A DNA stretch of 64,000 nucleotides from Candidatus Shapirobacteria bacterium (GCA_022837635.1 JALHFY010000001.1:96136-160135), one strand, 5' to 3'. Shown: positions 1-9,414, counted from the stretch's first letter. Notes: a model not told the origin generated them from the sequence alone. Made by a program: numbers and translations.

Positions 1-110
1 ATCCGGAAAAGGTCCATTTTCCAATTCCGGTCAATGATGACAATGTTAAAAGTATTGCGGTAGTGGTGGAAGAAATTGGTAGAGCCATTAAAGCGGCGGG
101 GGTGAAATAA
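1..110 (+). CDS. rpsB: 30S ribosomal protein S2, C-terminal part (truncated by window edge)
   Basis: Frame from nt 3 reads PEKVHFPIPVNDDNVKSIAVVVEEIGRAIKAAGVK*, matching the S2 'PIPxNDD..SI' motif; directly upstream of tsf. Confidence 0.9.
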   Translation, partial: PEKVHFPIPVNDDNVKSIAVVVEEIGRAIKAAGVK

Positions 111-156
111 GATAATTAGATAAGTAGTCATTAGTTATTAGTAATTAGTAAAAAAA

Positions 157-615
157 ATGGATAATAAAAAAATAATTGAACTAGTTAAAAAAATTAGAGC
201 AGAAACGGGTTTGGGAATTATAGAAATCAAGGCGGCTTTGGAAGAAGCCAAGGGTGATGAAAAAAAAGCTAAAGAAATTTTAAAAGAACAGGGTTTTGCT
301 AAAGCGGAAAAAAGAGCCGAAAAGGAAACTCATCAGGGAATAGTGGCTACGTATACCCATAGTACCGGTAAAATCGGAGTGATGGTGGAACTGTTGTGTG
401 AGACTGATTTTGTGGCTAAAAATGAAGAATTTGTGGCGGTGGCTAAGGATTTTTGTTTACAAATTGCGGCCATGGCACCAAAAGACAGCAAGGAGTTGTT
501 GGCACAGGAATTTGTGAAAGATCCGAGTCTAAAAATGAAAGATTTGGTAGTCGCTCTCAACTCCAAGTTTGGTGAGAATATCAAACTAGGTAGATTTGAA
601 AGGTTTGAAATATAA
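157..615 (+). CDS. tsf: Elongation factor Ts (short form)
   Basis: N-terminal LVKKIRAETGLG..K.AL UBA-like domain and ELLCETDFVAKN signature. Confidence 0.97.
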   Translation: MDNKKIIELVKKIRAETGLGIIEIKAALEEAKGDEKKAKEILKEQGFAKAEKRAEKETHQGIVATYTHSTGKIGVMVELLCETDFVAKNEEFVAVAKDFCLQIAAMAPKDSKELLAQEFVKDPSLKMKDLVVALNSKFGENIKLGRFERFEI

Positions 616-619
616 ATAA

Positions 620-773
620 GAAATAACCAATAACCAAATCTACAATTTCCAAACAAATTACAAATCTCAAACTATTTGTAATTTGGAATTTGAAAAATTG
701 GATATTGTTTGTATCTTGTAGTTTTGGTTATTGAATTTTGTTTGTATCTTGTTTTTTTGGTGATTGGATTTTG
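620..773. repeat. AT-rich nested inverted-repeat element built from ~7-nt units
   Basis: caataaccaaatctacaa (628-645) pairs with 716-733; caaattacaaat (654-665) pairs with 674-685; direct repeat ttgtttgtatcttgt at 706 and 738; left arm recurs inside dnaX. Confidence 0.8.
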
Positions 774-785
774 TTAGAATAAAGC

Positions 786-1337
786 ATGATTGATTTTGCA
801 GAAGTCCGAGAGAGGATGGAAAAAATTTTGGCAATTTTTACTGAGGATATTGCTTCGATTAGAACCGGACGGGCGACAGCAGCCCTGATAGAGAATGTGA
901 CAGTGGAGGTGTATAACGGTCAAAAAATGAGATTAATGGAATTGGGTTCGATTACAGTGCCGGATGTGAGGAGTTTAGTCTTTGAACCTTGGGACAAGAC
1001 AGTATTGAGGGAAATCAATAATGGCATTCAGGCGGCCAATATTGGGATGATGCCGGTGGTTGATGGAGAAGTAATTAGACTGAGTTTACCAATGTTAACG
1101 GTAGAACAGAGAGAGGATTATGTAAAACTTTTAGGTCGGAAATTAGAGGGAGCCAGAGGGATGTTGCGAGACGCTAGAGCTGATTTTAGAAAAAAAATTA
1201 TGGATGCTAAAAACGATAAATTAATTTCGGAAGATGAATTCAAGAGAGATGAGGCGGAGTTGCAAAAAATAACTGATGAATTTATGAAGCGAATGGAAGA
1301 GTTGTCTCAAAAGAAAGAAGAGGAGATTAGGTCTTAG
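786..1337 (+). CDS. frr: Ribosome recycling factor
   Basis: IRTGRA motif, LPMLTVEQR, ISED..K..E.ELQKITD; follows tsf. Confidence 0.97.
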   Translation: MIDFAEVRERMEKILAIFTEDIASIRTGRATAALIENVTVEVYNGQKMRLMELGSITVPDVRSLVFEPWDKTVLREINNGIQAANIGMMPVVDGEVIRLSLPMLTVEQREDYVKLLGRKLEGARGMLRDARADFRKKIMDAKNDKLISEDEFKRDEAELQKITDEFMKRMEELSQKKEEEIRS

Positions 1338-1340
1338 GCT

Positions 1341-2411
1341 ATGGATGTCTTAATTTTTATCATGGCTCTATCGGTATTGGTGTTGGTCCATGAATTTGGT
1401 CATTTTATGGCGGCAAAATTAACCGGGGTTAAAGTTGAAGAATTTGGATTGGGTTTACCACCACGATTGGTAGGTAAAAAAAAGTGGGGTACAGTTTGGA
1501 GCTTGAATTGGTTGCCGATAGGTGGTTTTTGTAAATTGTATGGTGAAGATTCGACTGAAAAAAAGGCAAAAAAATCAAACGAGTCTTTTTTAACTAAAAA
1601 TCCCTGGCAGAAGATGTTGATAGTTTTGGGAGGAGTGTTGATGAATGTGGTCTTGGCGGTGGTGATTTTTGCAGTCAGTTATACAGTCACCGGAATTCCG
1701 GAGGAGAGTGGTCGGGTGAAAATTTTGGAAATAGCTGCTGGAAGTCCAGCGGAGTCAGTTGCTTTGAAAGAAGGAGAGGTAATTTTGAAAATCAATGAAG
1801 AGGAATTAAAAAAAGGGGAGGAGTTGACAGCTAAAGTGGGCGAGAATAAAGGTCAAGAGGTAACTTTATTGGTTAAAAAAGAAAACAAAGATGAAGCGGT
1901 GCCAGTGAAAATAAAAATTAGAGAGAGTGCGCCGGAGGGACAGGGATTGATGGGGGTAGTGGTTTCTAGCGTGGAAATGAAAAAAATCCAGTTCTTTGAG
2001 TTTTATAAAGGAATTGGAGTTGGGTTCAAAGAGGCGATTTATTGGGGTAAATTAATCTTGGAAGGATTGTGGCAAATGATTAGCGGTTTGTTTCAAGGTC
2101 AGGTACCCAAAGATGTGACCGGACCATTGGGAATGTATAGGGCAACTTCAGCTATTAGAAGTGATCAGGGAATATGGGCGGTGATTCATTTTTTTGGAAT
2201 TATTTCGGTGAATTTAGCGATTGTGAATATTTTACCTTTTCCGGCTTTAGATGGAGGAAGGATTATTTTTGTACTTTATGAATTAGTATTTAGAAAACGA
2301 GCCAATGAGAAGTTTGAAATAATGGTGAACAATATTGGGATGGTAATTTTATTGGGATTGATTTTGTTGGTAACGATTGGAGATGTAAAAAATCTGTTAA
2401 TAAACAAATAG
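1341..2411 (+). CDS. rseP: RIP metalloprotease RseP (M50, PDZ)
   Basis: HEFGH zinc motif, NILPFPALDGG, central PDZ. Confidence 0.95.
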   Translation: MDVLIFIMALSVLVLVHEFGHFMAAKLTGVKVEEFGLGLPPRLVGKKKWGTVWSLNWLPIGGFCKLYGEDSTEKKAKKSNESFLTKNPWQKMLIVLGGVLMNVVLAVVIFAVSYTVTGIPEESGRVKILEIAAGSPAESVALKEGEVILKINEEELKKGEELTAKVGENKGQEVTLLVKKENKDEAVPVKIKIRESAPEGQGLMGVVVSSVEMKKIQFFEFYKGIGVGFKEAIYWGKLILEGLWQMISGLFQGQVPKDVTGPLGMYRATSAIRSDQGIWAVIHFFGIISVNLAIVNILPFPALDGGRIIFVLYELVFRKRANEKFEIMVNNIGMVILLGLILLVTIGDVKNLLINK

Positions 2412-2413
2412 AT

Positions 2414-3745
2414 TTATCTGGGGATTAATTCTAGAAAGTAGGCGGTGTTGGGGGACAGGTAAATATTTTCAGTGTGAGTTGAGGTAGTGACGGTGATAAT
2501 TTTTTGAGTACTTTTACCTAGATATTGGGTAGTTTTAAGAAGATAGTTTCCAGGAATGAGAGAAGTATAGGTTAGAGGGACGGTTTCACTGTGTCGATTT
2601 TTGGGGTCATAGTTGACTAAAAGAGTTTGAATAATAGTGCCTTTTTTGGCAGAGAGAGAACTTACCCAAGTACCATCACCTTCGTGGGCGACTTGGGTGC
2701 CATTAAGCTGATTCAGGAATTGCAAAGCCTGGTAGCGGGGTTTGATTTGACCGCTGTGTGTCAGGATACCCCAGCCGGTGGATTTGTGAGAGCGAGGAGA
2801 AGGTCCGTCAATAGCTTCAAAAGTAAAGAGACGATGAATTTTTCCATAAAGTTTAGTGGATAGAGAGATTAGATGAATCCCACTAAGAGAATTGTCATAG
2901 GCGGGATCGGGTTCGGAGTTGGGACCAATTTCAGTGATAAGTCTTTCAATATTGAAGTATTGAGGGTAATCGCTGAGAATAGAATTTAGATTTTCAAAAT
3001 CGCGTAAATAATCATCGAGATTAAAAGAATATTTATGCCAGGAGATGAAATCTAGGGGTAAATTGTTGGTGGCGGTGAATTTGAAGAGAGCAGTGATCCA
3101 GTTTGGGTAATAGGCGGTAATGGCGGGGCCACCGATTTTATAAAAGGTGTTACCGGCACCTTTTTTAACGGCTAAAGAGGTATTTTTATATAGAGTGAGA
3201 TAGTTAGGAGACTTGCCATAATGCCAACCACCAAAAAGATCGGGTTCGTTCCAAACTTCGTAATAGATACCGGAGATATTTTTTTCGACTGAGTAATGGC
3301 GAGCGGTGGCTTCGACCAAGCGATTCCATTGATTCCAATCGTTGGGTTCTTTGGAGTCGGGGGTATAGGAAAGAGAAAGCATGGGTTTGGCACCAGTGGC
3401 CAAGATACTGTTTACGGCTTGGTCAAGTCGGGAAAAATCATATTGACCGTTACCTTGGTCAACTTGATAATAATCAAAGAGATGATCAATGCGGATAAGT
3501 TGGAGATCTAAGGCTTTGAGAGGGGAGATAACTGGAGCAATCATATCCTTGGTTTCTTCACCACCTTGAGAAATGTTTTTCCAGAGACTGCCGGTGATGG
3601 TGGTACCTAGAGATTGAGTATGAATGGTGATATTAGCGGGGATACCGGAGGCGGATTTACGAAGATCGAGAATGGTTTTAAGAGAAAACAGGAGAAAAGG
3701 GAGAAGAAGAAGCAGAATTAGGGTTTTAATATTTTTTGATTTCAT
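2414..3745 (-). CDS. Exported glycoside hydrolase, GH39-like (clan GH-A)
   Basis: N-terminal TM/signal, YDFSRLD, EVWNEPD acid/base, GGPA, LDFISWHKY, ITE nucleophile. Confidence 0.8.
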   Translation of the reverse strand: MKSKNIKTLILLLLLPFLLFSLKTILDLRKSASGIPANITIHTQSLGTTITGSLWKNISQGGEETKDMIAPVISPLKALDLQLIRIDHLFDYYQVDQGNGQYDFSRLDQAVNSILATGAKPMLSLSYTPDSKEPNDWNQWNRLVEATARHYSVEKNISGIYYEVWNEPDLFGGWHYGKSPNYLTLYKNTSLAVKKGAGNTFYKIGGPAITAYYPNWITALFKFTATNNLPLDFISWHKYSFNLDDYLRDFENLNSILSDYPQYFNIERLITEIGPNSEPDPAYDNSLSGIHLISLSTKLYGKIHRLFTFEAIDGPSPRSHKSTGWGILTHSGQIKPRYQALQFLNQLNGTQVAHEGDGTWVSSLSAKKGTIIQTLLVNYDPKNRHSETVPLTYTSLIPGNYLLKTTQYLGKSTQKIITVTTSTHTENIYLSPNTAYFLELIPR

Positions 3746-3848
3746 GAGTCTCCAGAATCAGTATACTATATATGGTATAAGGATTTGACTATTGACCTCG
3801 TTTGATAAACATGTAAAACTGGAAGCAGAAGCAATTGAAAATATGATA

Positions 3849-5165
3849 ATGAAAAGAAAAGGTTTAGCTCAAATTCCATTGATTTTAGGTCTATTGGTAA
3901 TGGCGGTTGCTATTCCAGTAGCAACAAAATTGGTCCAAGAGAATCAAGATAGTAGAAACCAGGCTGCTGGGTGTGCTGGTATTAATCAGGGTTGTTCTAC
4001 TAGACCATGTTGTGCTGGTTTGACTTGTGCAGACGAAAGTTCAGGTTTTAGTTATCCGAGGTGTATTGGTGCTGGTAGTTGTCCTCAAGGGCATAGAAAA
4101 TGTGAAGGAAATAATCAGTACTATTGTAATGCAGGAAACTGGGTTTTAGAGAAAGCCTGTGGAAGTTTAGGGTGTGATGGTGATGGTTGTCGGGTGCCAG
4201 CATGTTCAGGTACAGAAACAAAATGTAATGATAGTGGTAATCAGGTTTTGCAGTGTAATAACGGTGTGTGGAAGTTGCTGAGTAATTGTTCTTATGGTTG
4301 TAGTAATGGAGCCTGTAAAAACCCCCCACCCACAGCAACTCCGACCAAAAAACCTACGGCAACTCCAGCTCCTTGTGCGAAGTCCGGTCAGGCTTGTTCT
4401 ACTAGGTCTTGCTGTAATGCAACAGATGTGTGTACGAATGAGGGTTTATCGTATCCTAAGTGTGTGCCTAGGGCTGAAATTCCCACTTATATCCCTGTTC
4501 CTACAGAAGTATGTGTTGGTCCTGGTAAGCCTTGTTCGACTCGATCTTGTTGTGCAGGTTTAACTTGTACAGCTGAAGCTTTGGCTTATCCTCAATGTGT
4601 AGAAAATTGTAGTTTGTTGACTAACAGGCCAGATAATTGTAAATGTACTAATAATACTCATTGTAAGAGTAAAAACTGTTCGGGAGGAGTTTGTAAGCCA
4701 TCAGGTAGGGTGTCACAGCCGCCGATATCTGATAAATGTCCTGGAGCACAGGCATGTCCTGACAGTACGGGTAACGTATTGCGTGATTGTAAGAACCCTG
4801 ACTCTGACGGAACTTCCAGAGATAGTATTTGTTCGGCTGCAGGTGGGGTAGAAACTTGTGATGGTAGGAATTTTTGTTGCCCGAATGCTGGTGGAAAATG
4901 GACTACTGATATGACACAATGTCCGACAGCAGCTACGTGTGCTAAATGTGCCGATGCTTCAGCTAAAGGAAAGGGTGATGCTAATTGTAATGGGGTAGTG
5001 GATTTAGTGGATTATTCTATTTGGAGAGAGGAATTCAATATAGCTAAATGTGGTACGGATACGGCTACTAGAAATAATTGGAAGGCTGACTTTGATTGTA
5101 ATGGTCTGGTCAATATGGCTGACTACAATATTTGGAGAAATAATTATATTACTATGTTCAAATAA
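3849..5165 (+). CDS. Exported Cys-rich multi-repeat protein with C-terminal dockerin
   Basis: KRKG|LAQ + TM + QENQDSRNQAA leader; three C-C-CC-C-C repeats; PT linker; GDANCNGVVDLVDY...ADFDCNGLVNMADY dockerin pair. Confidence 0.8.
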   Translation: MKRKGLAQIPLILGLLVMAVAIPVATKLVQENQDSRNQAAGCAGINQGCSTRPCCAGLTCADESSGFSYPRCIGAGSCPQGHRKCEGNNQYYCNAGNWVLEKACGSLGCDGDGCRVPACSGTETKCNDSGNQVLQCNNGVWKLLSNCSYGCSNGACKNPPPTATPTKKPTATPAPCAKSGQACSTRSCCNATDVCTNEGLSYPKCVPRAEIPTYIPVPTEVCVGPGKPCSTRSCCAGLTCTAEALAYPQCVENCSLLTNRPDNCKCTNNTHCKSKNCSGGVCKPSGRVSQPPISDKCPGAQACPDSTGNVLRDCKNPDSDGTSRDSICSAAGGVETCDGRNFCCPNAGGKWTTDMTQCPTAATCAKCADASAKGKGDANCNGVVDLVDYSIWREEFNIAKCGTDTATRNNWKADFDCNGLVNMADYNIWRNNYITMFK

Positions 5166-5169
5166 GAGA

Positions 5170-6489
5170 ATGAAGTTAGGCAAAATTTTATTAACATTTT
5201 TATTACTAACAGCTGCTGGTGGAGCTTTGCTTTTAGTCAAACAAAATCAGGATGTTAGAAGAGGGGCAGCGGCTGGGATTTTGAATTTGTCATTATCTCC
5301 GGGAACGCGAGTGACTAAAAAGGTTGGAGAAAAATTAACTTACACTATCAATTATTCTGGGCCTGCTGGTTCTAAAGTGGAAACAGTTCAGAGTAAAGTT
5401 TGTTATGGTCCAGAGATTGTTTTTAAGAGTGCTACTGGTAATACTGCTAATGGGTTTAAGAGTGAAGTGTTGAGTAAAACTTTAGCGGCGAATTCAGCAG
5501 GTTTGACTTGTACTTTTGTAACGGTAGTAGCAGATGATACAGCGACAACTTGTACAACTAAGTTAGCGAATGCGGGGCAGGCAATGACTTTGAATTTTGA
5601 AGCAGTAAGGAAAGGCGGTCCGAGAGCGATAACTTTAGTAGAAGCGGACACCAAAGGGACGATTTATGTTCCAGGGAGTGCAGAAAAGCTTTTGAATGGG
5701 AAAATTGGTGGAAATGGGGAGTATGAAATTATAGATGGAGCTTCAGATTGTAGGCCTCTGTGGGGGATAGTAAATAGCGAGCCAGATGGTGACGGTACGA
5801 CTGAGAGAGAAGTGGAGAAGTATTGTAAGGAGTTTAGTAGTTGCGATAATCAGATTACGATAATTGGTCAAGCTTATGAAACGAAAGAAGAGTGTGAAGC
5901 GGCTCTAAATGGTGATACACCGATATTAAATTATAAAGTGTCTTTTGCCTATGTTAATGCAACAGCCAGTGAGTGCGCTGAGAATTGGCCGGTACAAGTG
6001 ATTGCTTTACATGGAGAAACCAAGAAGGTGTATACAAATGTGATTATGAAAAATAAAAAGATTGTAGGAGATAAAGTGACTTTTGAAGGAAGTCTACCAT
6101 TGGTTGGATTTCCTTACAAGAAAGATGTAGCAGTTTTCTTTAAGGGTCCAAAGCATTTGCAAATGAAATATGCTGTTCAAAATCAGACAACCTCTTATGG
6201 TAAGGCGGGAGGAGAATTAGTTTTGACCAGTGATCCAGCTACAAGTATTCAGTATGATTTTAGTGGCTATCCTATGTTACCTGGCGATTTAGTTGGTAAT
6301 GACTCCGACACTCCTGATGGTTGGATTAATGGCCGTGATTTTTCATATATTAAGAACCATGCTGATCATACTACGGTTAAGCACGGTGAGTACTTGCATA
6401 CTGATTTGAATGGTGATTGTCAGGCTAATTCGGGAGATGTTAATGCCTTAAAGAAGTCTCTTGAATTTAAGCAAGATCAACTTTATTAA
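5170..6489 (+). CDS. Exported protein with cohesin-like beta domain and C-terminal dockerin-like domain
   Basis: TM + KQNQDVRRGAA; beta-rich 'LSLSP..KKVGE..T..I...LNFEA'; GDL...DGWINGRDF and DLNGDCQANSGD Ca-loops. Confidence 0.65.
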   Translation: MKLGKILLTFLLLTAAGGALLLVKQNQDVRRGAAAGILNLSLSPGTRVTKKVGEKLTYTINYSGPAGSKVETVQSKVCYGPEIVFKSATGNTANGFKSEVLSKTLAANSAGLTCTFVTVVADDTATTCTTKLANAGQAMTLNFEAVRKGGPRAITLVEADTKGTIYVPGSAEKLLNGKIGGNGEYEIIDGASDCRPLWGIVNSEPDGDGTTEREVEKYCKEFSSCDNQITIIGQAYETKEECEAALNGDTPILNYKVSFAYVNATASECAENWPVQVIALHGETKKVYTNVIMKNKKIVGDKVTFEGSLPLVGFPYKKDVAVFFKGPKHLQMKYAVQNQTTSYGKAGGELVLTSDPATSIQYDFSGYPMLPGDLVGNDSDTPDGWINGRDFSYIKNHADHTTVKHGEYLHTDLNGDCQANSGDVNALKKSLEFKQDQLY

Positions 6490-7034
6490 TGAAACAAAAT
6501 ATGAAAAATAAACTTTTTTGGCCAATGGTTGTTTTATCATTAGTTGTTTTGGTGGAAAGCGTGCTTTTCTTGTCGAAGACTAATAATAAAACAGAGAATA
6601 ATGTAGAACAAGTTTCTCCGACGGTAACAGTTAGTGAAACAGATTCGATTGTAGCAAAGGATAAGATAATAAATTTTTCTTGGCTTCAAAAAAGTAATAA
6701 TAAAATGACTTTGGTGTTGCAGAGTAGTGAAGATGTAGCGGTGGATGCTATTGATTTAGAGATGGCTTATGAAGGTGTCAAGGTTTTATCAGTGGTTAAT
6801 GCTGGTGTTTTACCTGAACCTTCAAAACCTATTATATCCCGCGATAAATCATTGATAGTGACTCATTATTTGATAGACGCGATGGGGGGTTTTAAGTTGA
6901 ATAAAAACGAGAAATATGAGTTGTTAGATATAAATTATTCTTTGATTGAAAGAAGTGAAGCGAAGTTTACTTTAGAAGAAAAGACTTTGGTGGTTGAAAG
7001 CGTTACTTCTAAAGTGTTACCTTATTCTATATGA
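6489..7034 (+). CDS. Membrane-anchored cohesin-like protein
   Basis: N-terminal TM, then VAVDAIDLEMAY typical of cohesin beta strands; operon context. Confidence 0.5.
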   Translation: MKQNMKNKLFWPMVVLSLVVLVESVLFLSKTNNKTENNVEQVSPTVTVSETDSIVAKDKIINFSWLQKSNNKMTLVLQSSEDVAVDAIDLEMAYEGVKVLSVVNAGVLPEPSKPIISRDKSLIVTHYLIDAMGGFKLNKNEKYELLDINYSLIERSEAKFTLEEKTLVVESVTSKVLPYSI

Positions 7035-7696
7035 AAAGAGTAGTTCTCTTATTTTTGCTTGTTTTTTTGGTATCTGCCAGGGGTGTGGGTGCTGCTGGAC
7101 CGATGCTTAAGTTCGTGCCAACAAACACTACTTATGTGCCAGGACAGAATTTTGATGTAGTTTTGGGGGTGGATTCAGGTACTGAAAGGACGGCAGCGGT
7201 AGATGCTTGGGTGACTTTTGATCCGGCTCAGGCAGAAATTGTGTCAATAAGGGCAGCGACTAATCCAGCTTTTCCTTTTACAATAATGCAGAATGTTTAC
7301 AATGATACTGGTAAGTTTAATATTAGTTTTAATTCGACTGACAGCAGTAGCTTTGAAATGAAACCGTCAGTGGGTGACTTAGCGGTAATTACTGTTAAGC
7401 CTAAATCTAACGGAACTATAAATTTGAACTTTGTTTGTACTGATGGTTCACAAGTAGATTCAAATATTTTTAATTTTGATGGTAAAGAAGTGTTAGCTTG
7501 TTCTTTGAATCAAAATGGAGTTTATACGACTACAGGAGCTGCTCCGGTGGCAACAGCTGCTCCGACTTCTGCATCGGGAACAACAGTTCCGACTTCGACT
7601 GAGTTGCCGAAGACTGGAGCGGTGGAGAATACAATTGTGTTGATGGTCATGGGGATGATTGGAGTGTTATCTTCGCTAGCTTTGAGGAAATTATGA
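7031..7696 (+). CDS. Cohesin-domain protein with LPXTG-type sorting signal
   Basis: Signal peptide; GQNFDVVL.VDS...AAVDAWVTFDP...GDLAVITVKPK cohesin pattern; PT linker; LPKTG + hydrophobic helix + RK tail. Confidence 0.8.
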   Translation: MKRVVLLFLLVFLVSARGVGAAGPMLKFVPTNTTYVPGQNFDVVLGVDSGTERTAAVDAWVTFDPAQAEIVSIRAATNPAFPFTIMQNVYNDTGKFNISFNSTDSSSFEMKPSVGDLAVITVKPKSNGTINLNFVCTDGSQVDSNIFNFDGKEVLACSLNQNGVYTTTGAAPVATAAPTSASGTTVPTSTELPKTGAVENTIVLMVMGMIGVLSSLALRKL

Positions 7697-8364
7697 CCAA
7701 GAAACCGAATGTAAAAACGATTATTATTATCGTCATTATGCTTTTAGTGGGAGTTTTAGGAGTGTTGGGGATGACTACTGCCAAAACTTTTTTTAGTGGA
7801 GCATCGGCGGCGACTGAGCCTAAAAATGTATTGGCTAAGGCTAATGAGGATGGTAAGAGCGCGGTGGTTACTTGGGTGTCTGATAAAGCTAGTATGGGAA
7901 CTGTAGAATATGGAACGACTCCGGCGAGTCTACTTTTAAGAGCACCGGAAAGTGAATCTGTGACTAACCACTCAGTAACTTTAAGTTCACTTAAGGCTAA
8001 TACTAATTATTATTTCAGAATTAAGATAGGGGAAGAGGTTTTTGACAATAACGGAATTCCTTATTCTTTTAAGACTAAAGGGGCAACTCCTTCGGGAACA
8101 GTATTGCCAGTGATAACAGTAACACCGACGATGGTGGCTTCGACTGAAGCTAAACCAACTGTAGTCAGTGGGGTTTGTGATCGGACGACTGATTATAATA
8201 AAGACGGAGTGGTTAATAGCCTGGATTATTTGACCTGTCAAAGGGATCAGGGCGGAAAAGCAATTACACCAGTGCCAACAGGGAAATGTTCATCTCCTGG
8301 GGATTTGAATAATGATGGAGTAGTCAATAGTCTGGATGTACGCAAGTGTTTACAAAGTCAGTAA
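7693..8364 (+). CDS. FN3/purple-acid-phosphatase-N-like domain protein with dockerin-type Ca loops
   Basis: SAVVTW..D...TVEYGTT...HSVTLSSLKANTNYYFRI; DYNKDGVVNSLD and GDLNNDGVVNSLD. Confidence 0.75.
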   Translation: MTKKPNVKTIIIIVIMLLVGVLGVLGMTTAKTFFSGASAATEPKNVLAKANEDGKSAVVTWVSDKASMGTVEYGTTPASLLLRAPESESVTNHSVTLSSLKANTNYYFRIKIGEEVFDNNGIPYSFKTKGATPSGTVLPVITVTPTMVASTEAKPTVVSGVCDRTTDYNKDGVVNSLDYLTCQRDQGGKAITPVPTGKCSSPGDLNNDGVVNSLDVRKCLQSQ

Positions 8365-8401
8365 AGACAGGTAAAATAGCAGAGTTTAAGGAGGTGATTT
8401 G

Positions 8402-8617
8402 ATGCCTATAATTGTCAAAAGAAAAAAAGGTGAATCAAAAGATGATATTATCGGTAAATTCCGGCGGTTGTGCATGGAAGAGGATATAACTGAAGAAGTG
8501 CGTAAAAGGGCGGCTTATGAAAAACCTTCTGAAGTCCGTTATGCCCAAAAGAAAGTAATTTTATGGCGAGAAAAATGCCGTAAGAGAGCTAAAAAATCTC
8601 GAAACTATGTTGCGTGA
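8402..8617 (+). CDS. rpsU: 30S ribosomal protein S21
   Basis: GES.D.II.KFRR, YEKPSE.R; strong SD aaggaggtga; upstream of yqeY. Confidence 0.9.
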   Translation: MPIIVKRKKGESKDDIIGKFRRLCMEEDITEEVRKRAAYEKPSEVRYAQKKVILWREKCRKRAKKSRNYVA

Positions 8618-9041
8618 TCAAATTCAAAAACAAGCAGTTGAAGCCTTAAAGTCAGGCGAGAGTAAAAAAGCTAATGCCTTGAGGTTTTTAGTGTCTTTAA
8701 TTGATAAAAGAGCACTCCAATTGCCTCCTGGAGAGATGAGTGAAGCTGAGGAAATCCAGGTGTTGCGTAAGGAATTGAAAAATAAAGAGGAAGCTAAAGC
8801 GATGTTTGCACAGGGAGGACGAGAGGATTTGGTAGCTGAACAGGAGACAGAAATTGAGCTGGTAAAGACTTTTTTACCTCAGGAAATGAGTGAAGATAAG
8901 ATTAGAGAGATAGTAAAGAAGGTGGTGACTGAGAAAGGTAATAATTTTGGAGCGGTAATGGGAGAGACGATGAAATTAGTAGCCGGTCAAGCCGGTGGGG
9001 AATTGGTGTCCAAGATAGTCAAAGAAGAATTGTCTCAATGA
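8607..9041 (+). CDS. GatB/YqeY domain protein
   Basis: F..GGREDLV..E..EI..L..FLP.EMSE, FGAVMG; rpsU-yqeY synteny. Confidence 0.92.
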   Translation: MLRDQIQKQAVEALKSGESKKANALRFLVSLIDKRALQLPPGEMSEAEEIQVLRKELKNKEEAKAMFAQGGREDLVAEQETEIELVKTFLPQEMSEDKIREIVKKVVTEKGNNFGAVMGETMKLVAGQAGGELVSKIVKEELSQ

Positions 9042-9400
9042 AAAATAGAATTTTGATAAGGCATCCTAAAAATTGGGGTCTATCGGAACAAGAAGTAATT
9101 AAATATAGTTTGGAATGGCTGGATTTTTTTGGTTTCAAAACAGAGACGGAGTTAAGTTTGTATTTTGTGGGAGTGAAAAAAGCTAAAGAATTAAATCTTA
9201 AGTATCGGCAAAAAGATTATGTTCCCCAAGTGTTGGGGTTTCCTCTTAACAGAGAGATTGACAGTGATGGTTGGTTGAGATTGGGGGATATTGTCATTTG
9301 TACTCCAAAATTGAAATATGAAAGTAAATTTTTACAAAAAAAACAATCAGAAATTTTGTCAGCGTGGATTAAGCATGGTATAGAAAATCTTTTAAAATAA
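9038..9400 (+). CDS. ybeY: YbeY-like protein, degenerate zinc motif
   Basis: LNLKYRQKDY...VLGFP, LGDIVIC; ends HGIENLLK without the full H-x3-H-x5-H. Confidence 0.75.
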   Translation: MKNRILIRHPKNWGLSEQEVIKYSLEWLDFFGFKTETELSLYFVGVKKAKELNLKYRQKDYVPQVLGFPLNREIDSDGWLRLGDIVICTPKLKYESKFLQKKQSEILSAWIKHGIENLLK

Positions 9401-9414
9401 GCTAGAATGGGTTG

